A DNA stretch of 64,000 bases, from positions 64 to 64,063 of the forward strand of contig JACPRD010000189.1 of NCBI GenBank assembly GCA_016190145.1, given 5' to 3'. This document shows, piece by piece, positions 17,801 through 25,689 of this stretch. Position 1 is the first letter of the stretch. Every line of letters starts with the position of its first letter. Below the pieces are notes generated by a model that was given only the letters and a program-made list of their open reading frames with translations, had not been told where the DNA came from and ran no database searches. The stretch is from Planctomycetota bacterium (GTDB lineage Bacteria; Planctomycetota; MHYJ01; WSZJ01). A program made the position numbers and the translations under genes.

Positions 17801-18213
17801 ACCGGAGCGAAGAAGTCCGCGTGCCCGCCGGCCGGAACCAGTTCGCGTTCGACCTGCCGGCCGAATTCCACGGGGCGAACGTGATCGTCGAGCTCGTCGC
17901 CGAAGGCCGCCGCAAGTCGCAGGCGTACTACGCGCACGAACTGCTCGTCCAGGTCGTCGAGTCCTTCGGCCAGGTCCGCGTCGCGCTGCAGGGAACGAAC
18001 CGCCCGCTGCCGAAGACCTACGTGAAGGTGTACAGCCGGATGAAGGGCGGCGAAGTGAAGTTCTACAAGGACGGCTACACCGACCTGCGCGGCGTCTTCG
18101 ACTTCACGTCGCTCAACACGAACGAGCTCGACTACGTGGACCGGTTCTCGATCCTCGTGCTGCACGAGAAGCACGGGGCGGTGATACGGGAGGCGGGGGT
18201 GCCGAAACGATAG
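11878..18213 (+). CDS. giant (2111 aa) cytoplasmic-looking protein of unknown function with helical N-terminus and multiple beta-sandwich-like modules
   Basis: Uninterrupted ORF with GC3-rich codons. ATG 11878 (MELHQLEAF...) was chosen inside ORF 11716..18213. No signal peptide or catalytic motif recognised. The C-terminal KFYKDGYTDLRGVFDF resembles prealbumin-like/CarboxypepD_reg-type folds. Confidence 0.75.
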   Translation: MELHQLEAFALARDRAKALEQLIPGTDEFYFHQCLVHEQKGDLKAVADVMKTWNDRCGETALFQEIRNRLNLLRYEEAPAETLEYLRYHLGLEFNHERAVEGRRTKLPSKLDPRAVSRDAVRQLGLAHSNGSDLAGFTDAALEWLADESHDGHRLRSLLGRLRRPDVAKLPEMVAAELKDRHTSGFGAIPIHNLMLQEQLEKLRKLVPDLIQNEAFVYACLLKLRPGPDVDLQNDPAEREKYLAALWDFVKGLAPKFNPLKAHVLYHRLDHDRRAGAMDRVRFTEYLKLPRQVGYANAEYLKQFRRDDSPFGLGQDYRHVTLQAAVNDDEELVRHYLGTFFAGAKDFKPFDTWIDAAFLREVFASTKLLQGTGDPGAWTAMINDPAACQALKERVEIGFALTNRTWFAAGDPVTLDVDVKNVPTLVVKVFEINALNYFLANGRDVDTSIDLDGLVASEEQTHRYAEAPIRRVRRTFPFPALAAPGAYIVEFIGGGISSRALVRKGRLRFLERAGSAGHVFTVLDENREVLRDASVWLGGREYRAEADGSIAVPFSTHPGRQTVLLRHGNLTTLEAFDHQAETYALTAGLYVDRESLIRKREAQVVLRPTLQVNGAPASLSLLEEPALVIQSTDRDGVSSSLEVRDFKVQEDAESVHAFQVPENLASISFSFRARVQSLSQSRKVDLSDGSGFQLNGIDAEATIEDLHLARTAAGYVVTHCGKSGEPKAGTALAFSFRHRDITPAIDVTLQTDAEGRVELGHLRDILEITASTPAGVTETWTPPRDRFRAEPAVHVRAGEAFRVPFMEEAPLGGAGYPDAHGREAAPGAGVEHRDVSLFDRVGDTFVRDHFKALARKDGYLEVAGLPAGDYDLLLKRDGVAVTVRVAPGADRDGWVAGEKRHLERHNARPLQIGDVTARKSDVRISVGNAHGRARVHVFGTRFVPAYSCFDELGRAPGSGARAVEVWKAASHYVSGRDIGDEYRYILERKQSEKFAGNTLARPGLLLNPWAIRSTETATQEAQAGGAYGASAQPVMSAAACAPPEPGMREGAAGAFANLDFLANPAAVLLNLRPDDKGVVTVPREAFAHANSLRIVAIDALNTVCRDVLLPEVRTPHEDLRLRLALDADRHFSEKKQVSVLAPAQPLEIADITTSKTEVYDTLARVYRLYATLSNNPELTQFGFVLRWPGMTEEEKRAKYSEFACHELSFFLSRKDPEFFRRVVQPYLRNKMHKTFMDRYLLEGDLSEDRRPWAFGRLNIVERILLARRIDDEGDPVARHGRDLNDLLPRDLERAEHLFGSAILGSALETGDKLGIAGQAASVEKSALARLDESLQMPMGAAMAAPASMAPKGGRRSPAKESRSKKMKSESPRDEEADSCVSEDMAEMRGAGMDDFDRGEKDARSRGKMRAFYQKLDKTQEWAENNYWHLPIEQQGPELVTINPFWRDFAAHRGGEPFLSPNLAHASRSFAEMMLALAVLDLPFEAEKPAVMFEGARMKLACAARAVAFHKEIKPVEPAAERVPILVSQNYFRDDDRTRYENDEEVDKYVTGEFLVNVVYTCQVVLTNPTSTNQKLDLLLQIPTGSIPVRCGFVTRGRHVELSSYATESIEYAFYFPAPGTFAHFPVHVAKNEQLIASAEPARLKVVRELSAVDKTSWAWLSQNGDEKDVLAWMEKNNVDRLAAPDGDGEVGLELIAWRVRDRGFYGKCLALLARRHIYNNTLWAYSVHHKDVANIREFLLHQGSFLDRCGLWLKSPLVTIDPVARRRYQHLEYAPLVNARTHKLGARRKILNDRFGLRYAQFMGALRYRARLSDADLLAVTYDLFLQDRVAEALESFDRIDARNLETWLQYDYLKVYAEFFRENAAGAREIAERHKDEPVDRWRHHFRNALAQIDEIAGAAAQVVDDKDRDQRQAKLAATEPDFDFTVEKKTVTLNVQNLAAVRVNYYRMDIELLFSRQPFVQQQSDQFSYIRPNRSEEVRVPAGRNQFAFDLPAEFHGANVIVELVAEGRRKSQAYYAHELLVQVVESFGQVRVALQGTNRPLPKTYVKVYSRMKGGEVKFYKDGYTDLRGVFDFTSLNTNELDYVDRFSILVLHEKHGAVIREAGVPKR

Positions 18214-18265
18214 GAGACGGCGCAGGGAGCGGGGGATCAGGAGCGGGGGCGGGGGGCGCGAATCG

Positions 18266-18308
18266 TGTTTCGTTCCTCGTTTCTCGTGCTTCGTTTCTCG
18301 TTCCTTCG
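18266..18308. repeat. CTCGTT-family heptamer-like direct repeats downstream of the giant gene
   Basis: gtttcgttcctcgtttctcgtgcttcgtttctcgttcctt. Confidence 0.6.
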
Positions 18309-18424
18309 AGGCCTTTCGTATCGCGTGGAACGGGGCGACCTCTCGCCGTGAAAGTCATGGGGTCCGGATCGGCGCGAGTGGAGGCCAAGGCCATTGAGAT
18401 GGTTCAGGACTTCACTGTAAGATC

Positions 18425-19060
18425 ATGGCCGAGAGGAGACGAACGACTGCGGTGGGCGTGACCTCCATGGTCGGCCAGGAAGTGGCTCGACAATCCGCGC
18501 GGCGACGAAGATACGAGCGATTCTTGAGCTTCGCCTTCTTCGGCTATGTCGCGTCTCTTGCGCTGCCGTTTTTCAGGCACGAGCCGATCCTGGGTGTTCA
18601 CCCGAATCTGTTCTTCCCGGTGGAGACACTGATTTTCTTCCTGGCGGTTCTCGCCGCTGCGCGCCACCTCAGGGTTCGTTGCCCGCAGTGCCGGGCCCCG
18701 TTTTTCCCCGAGTGGGGAAGCTTCTGCAGGCGTTGCGGTGAGTCGACGCCGAGCCGCCGAGTGCCGAGCGTATGGATGTTTCGCGTCCCGTATCTGGGAG
18801 CCGCCATGGTTCTCGCCGGGCTGACTCTCGCCCGGCGCCCGCTCATCGGCGGCAGCCTGTTCGCCCTTGGCGTACCCGCATTTGTGCTCGGCTGGATGGC
18901 CGCTCCCTACCTGTATTGCGGGCGATGCAGCCGTGCGAACCGAGGTTCGATGGGTGGAAGCAGGGGAAGCTCTCCTGATCCGCCGGCCTATTGCTCGATG
19001 TGTGGGTTGGACCTTAGCCCCCATGTCGAGGAGATTTTCAAGGCGCCGCTGCGCCGGTAA
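18425..19060 (+). CDS. hypothetical membrane protein with zinc-ribbon-like CxxC pairs
   Basis: 211-aa ORF. CPQC...CRRC and CGRC...CSMC pairs are interspersed with hydrophobic helices. GC looks somewhat lower than the surroundings. Start uncertain. Confidence 0.5.
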   Translation: MAERRRTTAVGVTSMVGQEVARQSARRRRYERFLSFAFFGYVASLALPFFRHEPILGVHPNLFFPVETLIFFLAVLAAARHLRVRCPQCRAPFFPEWGSFCRRCGESTPSRRVPSVWMFRVPYLGAAMVLAGLTLARRPLIGGSLFALGVPAFVLGWMAAPYLYCGRCSRANRGSMGGSRGSSPDPPAYCSMCGLDLSPHVEEIFKAPLRR

Positions 19061-19075
19061 CGCTTCCTGCCGGCT

Positions 19076-19867
19076 TCACTTCTTTTTGCCTCCTCGCTGC
19101 ATTTCCGCCAGGTACGCAACCTGGCGCAGCAGGCCCTTTTCGTCGAAGGACACGCACAGCAGCGAACTGTCCGCGTACGTGGTGTTGCCGTCGTCGGCGA
19201 CGGGGGCTTCGGCGGTGTCGGCGTGGAATTCGAAGGGGCCGTCGGTGAGCGCCCGGGCCCGCTCGAGGCCGGTCAGCACGCCGGCGACGACTTCCTTCTC
19301 GCGGCCTGACGGGGCCGATGGAATCCACTTCGCGATCAGCGGATAGTCCGCGTTGGAGCGGATTCGCACGATCTCCGACGGCTCGCGGCAGACGGCCCAC
19401 AGCTGCGTCTCGACGGTCTCCTTCTCGGCGCCGACCCAGTCGGCGATGACGAACATGACTTTCGGGATCGCGCGGTCGAGCGCCGGGTTTTCGATCGCAT
19501 GCAGCTCCCAGCCTTCGGTGCCTTCGTTCAGGCGCTTCAGTTCGTCCGTCACGTCCCGGGCGGCGTCGTGACGGTCTCCCCAGATCCGGCGGTGTTCCTG
19601 GCCGGCCTCGATCTCCGGGATCAGGGCGGCGGCGCGGGCCCTGGCTTCCGCGCCGAGTCGATCGTCCTTCGAGGCGGCCCGGAGCGCGTCGAGGGCACCC
19701 GGGCCGATCCCGCGGAGTTCCTCCGCGGCCGCATCCCGCTTCGCGGCGTCCTCGTCGTCGAGCTGGCGGACGAGCCGGGCGACCTGTCCGGGTTCCGCGG
19801 GCGTGGTCTGGGCAGCGGCCGGGGAGAGCAGCGCGACGGCAAGCAGGAAACCGGCAAGCGTGCGCAT
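19076..19867 (-). CDS. secreted hypothetical protein with HEAT-like N-terminal repeat
   Basis: Only the last 263 codons of the 1292-aa ORF 19076..22954 look coding. They begin with signal peptide MRTLAGFLLAVALLSPAAAQ, followed by DDEDAAKRDAAAEELRGIGPGALDALRAA. Confidence 0.6.
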   Translation of the reverse strand: MRTLAGFLLAVALLSPAAAQTTPAEPGQVARLVRQLDDEDAAKRDAAAEELRGIGPGALDALRAASKDDRLGAEARARAAALIPEIEAGQEHRRIWGDRHDAARDVTDELKRLNEGTEGWELHAIENPALDRAIPKVMFVIADWVGAEKETVETQLWAVCREPSEIVRIRSNADYPLIAKWIPSAPSGREKEVVAGVLTGLERARALTDGPFEFHADTAEAPVADDGNTTYADSSLLCVSFDEKGLLRQVAYLAEMQRGGKKK

Positions 19868-19971
19868 GCGATGTCCTCGATTGTTTCCCTTTTGACGCCT
19901 CTGCGCGTCGAAAGTTCCGTGGCCGCTCCGGCTCGCGCCACCGCGACGCAGCTCGATTTCTTCGCAGACTC

Positions 19972-22881
19972 TCACGCCGGGTCCGTCCACGGCCGCGCCG
20001 CGAGCCGGAGGCCGATGATCCGGTCGGTGTGGGAAGGATGGATGGCGGGGTTCCATGCCGACCGCGCGTTCGAGGACGAAAGCGACCACGCGCCGCCCCG
20101 CAGGCAGCTCCAGTCCAGGTAGTGAATGTCGGGGGAATTGAGGATCCACGTCGCCACGCCGCCCGCCATGTCGCGCACGCCGTAGGGCGATTCGTCGACC
20201 GGGAAGGAGCCGACGGGCAAGGGGTTCATTCCGCCCGGCACCGAGACGTTCGTGTGCGAGTACGTCCCGTCGTAGTCGTTGCCGCAGGGGTAGACCCGGG
20301 CGTCGACGCCCCGCGCTGCTTTCTCCCATTCCTCTTCGTGGGGAAGCGTCCAGGCGATGCGGTCCCGTTTCGACCGCCAGCAGGCGAAGGCCGTCGCGTC
20401 GTGCCAGGAGATGCCGAAGACGGGGTACGCGGGGCTCTTGAGAAGGGTTTCCGGCGATTCGGGGGGAGGGAGGCCGAATCCGGCCGCGGATTCCGCGAAG
20501 AACCGCACCTCGCCCTCCCGCGGCTGCCGTTCCCGCGCCTCCGGCCTCCGGCCCGCCGCACAGAGGTCGTTCAGGAACTCCAGGTACTCGCCCGCGGTGA
20601 CGGGAAAGCGCGCGATGAACAGATCCTCCGTTACGATCTCCTCTTCCGCCCGGCCGCTCGCCTGTTCGTTGCCGAAGATGAAAGGCCCGCCCGGCACGAA
20701 GCAGAACCCCGGCGGGATTTCGTCGGGGCGGTAGAGGTTCACGTCCTGCGACCGGGAGGAGTCGCGATCCACGCGGACGGGGAGCTGCGTGTCGGCGAAG
20801 CCGGCCGCCTTCAGCGTGCAGCGCCAGGAGCCCTGGGGCAGTTCGACTCCGGTGAGCGGCGTCGTTCCGAGGAGCCTCGGCTCCCCGGGCTGGAGACGTT
20901 TCTCCCGTTCCTCGTACCGGGCGATCCAGACTTCCGCCCCCGGGATCTCCTCCTTCGCGCAGACGCCGCGCGCGTGACCCCAGCGGATCCCGTCCGGATG
21001 GAATCTCACGGCGGGGACCGCACGGTCCCGTTCCACCAGCGGCGACCCCGGATGCGCCCGGCCGCCGCGCCAGGCGACGGTTCGTGTCTCCGCGATTTCG
21101 ACGAGCCACTCCGGATGGCGGACCGGCTTCAGGCAGTCGCACCGGCACGCGAACGTCCGGATCGAGAGCTTTCCCGGCGAGTCCAGCCTCGCGCGGTAGC
21201 GTCCCTCGCGGTCGTATGTCTCCAGCGTCCGCAGGTTCAGCAGCATCTCCTCCCGGTCCCGCCGCTTCTCCGCCTCCAGGTACCGGTCGAGGTGCAGCTC
21301 GCATTTTCCATCCCGCGCCTCCACCGAGTCCCCCTTCGCATCCAGCGCCCGCCCGAATTCCGCGCTCGCCGACGAGAGGGCCTCGATCCGCTCGTCGCGC
21401 AGCTGCTTCAGCCGCCGCTCCGCCTCCCACAGCGGCCGCTTCTCCTCCGGCGGCAGGTGCGGCGGGATCCGCTCCGACCACTCCGTCACCGCCTTCGACT
21501 GGGCCTCGATCTCCGCGCCCAGCGCCCGGAAGCGCGCGAGCCGCTCCCGGCCCTTCTCCACCCGCTCCCGCGCCTCCACCTCCGCCCGCTCCCGCTCCTT
21601 CACGCCTTCGAGGAGCAGCTGGATCTCGCCGTGCAGTTCGAGGGCGGAGGCGAAGCGGTCCTCGCGCCGCGGCGCCATCGCGCGGAGGCAGATCGCGTCG
21701 AGGTCGGGGGAGACCTTCTCGGGTCCGTCCGGCCCGCCCGCCGCGACGCGCGCGGAGGGCGGCACCGGAGATCCGCGCCGCGATCCCGCCCGCGCTTCCG
21801 CGAACGTCCCGTCCGGCCACGGGGCCTGCCATGCGAGGATCGTGTGGAGGATCGCGCCCAGGGCGTAGACGTCGCTCGCGGTCCCGACCTCCTCCGCCCG
21901 CCCTTCGGCCTGCTCGGGCGCCATGTAGGCCGGCGTCCCCACGATGTCGCCCGTGAGCGTGGCCGCCGTCGCCTGGCCGTCGGATCCCGCCGGCGCCGCG
22001 TCCCCGCGCCGCAGGTCCGGGCCCGCGGCGAGCTTCGCGATTCCCCAGTCCACCACCAGAGTCTCGCCGTAGTCCCCGATCATGACGTTGGAGGGTTTCA
22101 GGTCGCGGTGAATGATGCCGCGCGAATGGGCGTAGGCCACGCCGAGGCAGATGTCCTGGAAGATGCGCAGGAGCCGCGGCCGGGTGAACGCCGCCCGCGC
22201 CCCGCGGTCCCCGTCGCGAAGCAGCCCCACGATCCGGCCCAGGTCCGTGCCGAAGACGCGCTTCATGCACAGGAACGGCCGCTCGCCCGCCTCCGTCTTC
22301 ATCCGGCCGAAGTCGTAAACCGGCACGATGTTCGGATGGTCGAGCATCGCCATCACGCGCGCCTCGCGCACGAACAGGTCCCAGAGTTCCGCCCCGATGT
22401 CGCGGCGCAGGAGCTTGACGGCGACGGCGCGCTCGAGCGCCCGGTCCTCCGCCTCGTAGACCTCCCCCAGGCCGCCGCGTCCCAGCAGGTTTCCGAGGAT
22501 GTACCGTTCGTGGGGGGCCTCGAGCGCCGGCGGGCGCGGGGGGAGGCGTTGGGGAAGCGACTGGAGCCAGGCGCGGACGGAGGCGGGGGGCAGGAGCCCG
22601 AGCAGTTTCCGGCGGAGTTCGGGCTCGATGGCCGGGGAATTGCCGGGGGAGGAGGCGTCGGCGGCGGCGCGGACGAGGCGGTCGCCCTCCGCGTCGAGGC
22701 AGCCGGACTCGAGGAGCAGGCGCGGGAGCCCGGGTCGGTGACGGGCGCCCGTCACGATTTCCGCGTCGAGGTCGTTCAACCAGTCTTCCACGGCCTCGAG
22801 AAGGCGCTCCTGTTTCACGAGCCCGAGTTGCTGCGCGAGAATTCCGTGGAGCAGCTCCCGGTGCCAGCTGGTCTCGGTCAT
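19972..22881 (-). CDS. Ser/Thr protein kinase fused to C-terminal FGE-sulfatase (SUMF1-like) domain
   Basis: [43 protein letters not shown]. The C-terminal region has the RGGAW...IGLRL hallmarks of the FGE-sulfatase fold. Start at MTETSWH. Confidence 0.85.
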   Translation of the reverse strand: MTETSWHRELLHGILAQQLGLVKQERLLEAVEDWLNDLDAEIVTGARHRPGLPRLLLESGCLDAEGDRLVRAAADASSPGNSPAIEPELRRKLLGLLPPASVRAWLQSLPQRLPPRPPALEAPHERYILGNLLGRGGLGEVYEAEDRALERAVAVKLLRRDIGAELWDLFVREARVMAMLDHPNIVPVYDFGRMKTEAGERPFLCMKRVFGTDLGRIVGLLRDGDRGARAAFTRPRLLRIFQDICLGVAYAHSRGIIHRDLKPSNVMIGDYGETLVVDWGIAKLAAGPDLRRGDAAPAGSDGQATAATLTGDIVGTPAYMAPEQAEGRAEEVGTASDVYALGAILHTILAWQAPWPDGTFAEARAGSRRGSPVPPSARVAAGGPDGPEKVSPDLDAICLRAMAPRREDRFASALELHGEIQLLLEGVKERERAEVEARERVEKGRERLARFRALGAEIEAQSKAVTEWSERIPPHLPPEEKRPLWEAERRLKQLRDERIEALSSASAEFGRALDAKGDSVEARDGKCELHLDRYLEAEKRRDREEMLLNLRTLETYDREGRYRARLDSPGKLSIRTFACRCDCLKPVRHPEWLVEIAETRTVAWRGGRAHPGSPLVERDRAVPAVRFHPDGIRWGHARGVCAKEEIPGAEVWIARYEEREKRLQPGEPRLLGTTPLTGVELPQGSWRCTLKAAGFADTQLPVRVDRDSSRSQDVNLYRPDEIPPGFCFVPGGPFIFGNEQASGRAEEEIVTEDLFIARFPVTAGEYLEFLNDLCAAGRRPEARERQPREGEVRFFAESAAGFGLPPPESPETLLKSPAYPVFGISWHDATAFACWRSKRDRIAWTLPHEEEWEKAARGVDARVYPCGNDYDGTYSHTNVSVPGGMNPLPVGSFPVDESPYGVRDMAGGVATWILNSPDIHYLDWSCLRGGAWSLSSSNARSAWNPAIHPSHTDRIIGLRLAARPWTDPA

Positions 22882-22906
22882 GCCGCGCGCCCCGCCTTCC
22901 CTTGCT

Positions 22907-23044
22907 CTCGGAGTTTGACAAGAAATCGGCCCGGGATGCTCCATCGGCCGGCAAGTGGGTTCCCGGTTACCGGGATCTCACGCGCCAGCCGATTCCGCCC
23001 CCCGGTCCGACCGCACCGGAGATCGAATCTGTCTCACGCTCTCA
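22907..23044. repeat. dispersed structured repeat (same family as 26812..26930 and 27226..27349) between ECF sigma and kinase genes
   Basis: CGGAGTTTGACAAGAAATCGGCCCGGGATGCTCCATCGGCCGGC and GCCAGCCGATTCCGCCCCCCGGTC match the arms of the 26.8-27.3 kb elements. The terminal GATCGAATCTGTCTCACGCTCTCA matches 26772..26795. Confidence 0.6.
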
Positions 23045-23893
23045 CGGCCTCAGCAGGTCTTCCATCTCCCGGTCGGCCTCGTCTTCGGACGACGCGTAGT
23101 CCCTGATCACGTCCCGGAGGACCTTGCGCATCTTCGTGCGGCACACGGAAAGGTAGTGCCGGACCTGCGTATGGCTCAGCTTGAGCTTCTCCGCGATCTC
23201 GCGATAGGTCGGGGCCCCGGGTTCGGGCGTGGTCCCGGTCGCGGCGGCGGGCAGCAGCTCGTCGAGGCAGTACGCGCGGAAAACCTCGAGATAAACGCCT
23301 TTCCCCTCCTTCTCCAGCTCCTGCCGGACCTTGAGCAGCGCCGCCTCGAACACCGTGCGGAACCACTCGCGGTCGTAAGCGGCTTCCGGCGTGTCTTCGG
23401 ACGGGCGATCGCCGATGCGATCGACCTCCTCCGGCGCCATCTCGAGCGGCACCAGCGGCTGTTTCGGCCGGCGCGCGCGGTCGGCGCGGTCGGCGTCGAT
23501 GAGGAAGTGCTTGAGAGCCCGCTTGAGGTATCCGCGGAAGCTGCCCTTCTCGGGCCGCATCCGGGCGATGTACCCGTGCTCGAGCACGTGGGCGAAGAAC
23601 GCCTGGGTGAGGTCCTTGGCGTCTTCGACGTCCTTGTGCCAGGCGGTGCGGACGTAGGCGTAGACGGGTTTCCAGTAGGCGCGCACGAGGCGGTCGAGGC
23701 AGCCGGCGCAGTCCGGGTCGGCGGGATCCGCGGCCGAGAGGACGTCGGACCAGACGGTGGTCGGGAGTATGCGGCCCGGTCCTCCGAGGGCCGTGTCCGG
23801 CGGATCCATGAAGCTCTCCGGTGTGGCGGTGCTTGCCGGAGCGTACACGACCCTACGCGGGAGGCACAAGGCGCGCGTATCCGGAGTCTTCAT
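23042..23893 (-). CDS. ECF-type RNA polymerase sigma factor (kinase-associated subgroup)
   Basis: Region-2-like YWKPVYAYVR...DAKDLTQAFFAHVLE and a C-terminal HTH YREIAEKLKLSHTQVRHYLSVCRTKMRKVL. Paralogue of 33900..34634. The start could instead be ATG 23809. Confidence 0.75.
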   Translation of the reverse strand: MKTPDTRALCLPRRVVYAPASTATPESFMDPPDTALGGPGRILPTTVWSDVLSAADPADPDCAGCLDRLVRAYWKPVYAYVRTAWHKDVEDAKDLTQAFFAHVLEHGYIARMRPEKGSFRGYLKRALKHFLIDADRADRARRPKQPLVPLEMAPEEVDRIGDRPSEDTPEAAYDREWFRTVFEAALLKVRQELEKEGKGVYLEVFRAYCLDELLPAAATGTTPEPGAPTYREIAEKLKLSHTQVRHYLSVCRTKMRKVLRDVIRDYASSEDEADREMEDLLRP

Positions 23894-24005
23894 AGCTGAT
23901 GCATGAATTAGCCTAAATATGCTTGCTTTTATTCTAAAAGGTGAGATAAGTAGCCATGCTATTTTGACACTAAGCGGCGCCGAACGCGAAAGGATGCTCC
24001 CTTCC

Positions 24006-25445
24006 ATGGACACCTCCCCCCTCCGCAGCTTCCTCGAGATCCCCTACGACAAGCTCGAAGAGATGAACCTCGAAATCAAGGAGGCGCGCCTGAAGCGCGT
24101 CTCCGCCGCGAAGCTCCAGGAGCAGCGGATGAAGTACCTCGCCGGCGAAAAGCGGATCAAGGCCGTCACCGTGTGCTTCACGGACCTCGAGGGCCGGCTG
24201 CACATGCTGGACTACGACAAGAAGTTCCTCCTCAAGTCCCACGACAACCTGACGTTCGACGGCTCGTCCATCCGCGGGTTTTCGCAGCAGAAGGAGTCGG
24301 ACCTCCGGCTCAAGGCCGACTGGTCCGCGTTCTACTGGCTGCCGGCGGACGTCTTCGGCCCCGGGAAAGTGCTGGTCTTCGGCGAAGTCCTCGAGCGCGA
24401 CGGCACGCCCTACGCCGCCGACATGCGCTCGAGGCTCAAGATGTTCACCGACCGCCTCTTCGCCAGACAGGGCATCGAGGCCCACGCCGCCAACGAGATC
24501 GAGGGGTTCCTGTTCCAGGGGAGGCACTCCGAGCGCCGCTACTACGAAACCGGGAAGTTCGAGTTCGTGTCGACCGGCGGGTACTACCACTCGCTTCCGG
24601 GTGATCCGCTCCGGAGATTCATCGACACGGCCGCGGAGGTGCAGCGCTCGATGGGGTTCGCCAACGAAAAGGACCACCCCGAGGTCGCGCCTTCGCAGTT
24701 CGAGATGAACTACTCGTATACGCAGGCGCTGATCGCCGCCGACCAGGTGCAGCTTTACAAGCTTGTGTGCCGCCAGGTCGCCGACCGCATGGACATGACG
24801 GCGTCGTTCCTGCCCAAGCCCGTGACCGGCGTGAACGGAAACGGGATGCACACGAACCTCTCGGTCGCGAAGGGCGGCAGAAACCTCTTCTATGACAAGA
24901 ACGGCCAGGACGGCCTCTCGAAGCTGGGCTGGCAGTTCATCGACCGCCTGCTCCACAACGCGAACGACATCTGCCTCGTGCTGAACTGCAGCGTGAACAG
25001 CTACCGCCGGCTCGACCCGCATTTCGAGGCGCCCAACCAGATCAAGGCGTCGGCGATCGACCGCGGCTCGATGGTGCGGATCCCGCTCGGCAACGAGCGC
25101 ACGGCGCGCACGGAAGTGCGCTCGATCGCGCCCGACGCGAACCCCTACCTCGCGATCTACACGCTTCTTGCGACCGGCCTCGAGGGCCCCGAGGCGCCGC
25201 CCGCCGAGAGCGACAAGCGCGCGCGCACGCGGTTCCTGCCCGACAACATCCACGACGCGATCCGGCTGTTCAAGACGAGCCCGTTTGCGATCAAGCTTCT
25301 GGGTGAAGAGGTGCACGGGAAGTATGCGGAGCTGAAGTGGGCGTCGGCGGAGCGGTGTCCGAAGGCGCTGGGGTCGGTGATCAAGGCGGCGGAGGTGCAG
25401 TTCCATCACGAGGTTACGAACCAGTTCCTGTGGAACCTCTTCTAA
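24006..25445 (+). CDS. glnA: glutamine synthetase family protein
   Basis: Beta-grasp N-domain (VCFTDLEGRLHMLD) and catalytic domain motifs (NEIEGFLF, HPEVAPSQFEMNY, NGNGMHTNLS, NSYRRL). ATG 24006 with AAAGGA upstream. Confidence 0.85.
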   Translation: MDTSPLRSFLEIPYDKLEEMNLEIKEARLKRVSAAKLQEQRMKYLAGEKRIKAVTVCFTDLEGRLHMLDYDKKFLLKSHDNLTFDGSSIRGFSQQKESDLRLKADWSAFYWLPADVFGPGKVLVFGEVLERDGTPYAADMRSRLKMFTDRLFARQGIEAHAANEIEGFLFQGRHSERRYYETGKFEFVSTGGYYHSLPGDPLRRFIDTAAEVQRSMGFANEKDHPEVAPSQFEMNYSYTQALIAADQVQLYKLVCRQVADRMDMTASFLPKPVTGVNGNGMHTNLSVAKGGRNLFYDKNGQDGLSKLGWQFIDRLLHNANDICLVLNCSVNSYRRLDPHFEAPNQIKASAIDRGSMVRIPLGNERTARTEVRSIAPDANPYLAIYTLLATGLEGPEAPPAESDKRARTRFLPDNIHDAIRLFKTSPFAIKLLGEEVHGKYAELKWASAERCPKALGSVIKAAEVQFHHEVTNQFLWNLF

Positions 25446-25487
25446 GAGGGGCTGGAGGCGGGGCGAGAGGAGACGTCTCCGGACGGG

Positions 25488-25524
25488 GTTTCGTTCTTCG
25501 TTACTCGTTACTCGTTACTCGTTT
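25488..25524. repeat. tandem heptamer repeat TACTCGT x3 with degenerate flanks, downstream of glnA
   Basis: gtttcgttcttcgttactcgttactcgttactcgtttcg. Confidence 0.65.
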
Positions 25525-25689
25525 CGCGGGGGCGCACGCGGACGGGCAAGCAGGTCGGGCGGCCGCGTTGAGTTCGCCGGGCCGGACCGCGAGCGTCAGC
25601 GCGGAGCCGGAATTCTCCTGTTGAAGTTGCTCTTTTCGGTTTTGCCTTTCGCCGACCGACCACCCCTCGACCTATACTCGCCTCTCGCC

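Noticed and set aside
19076-22954. 1292-aa ORF spanning the kinase locus.
   Set aside because: Only its last 263 codons (19076..19867, starting with a signal peptide) look coding. The remainder is a shadow frame of the kinase-FGE gene 19972..22881.
23894-24005. Sigma-54/NtrC-type promoter upstream of glutamine synthetase.
   Set aside because: No TGGCAC-N5-TTGC-like element was found by eye. Only weak sigma-70-like hexamers (TTGCTT...TAAGTA, TTGACA) are present, and they cannot be assigned confidently.
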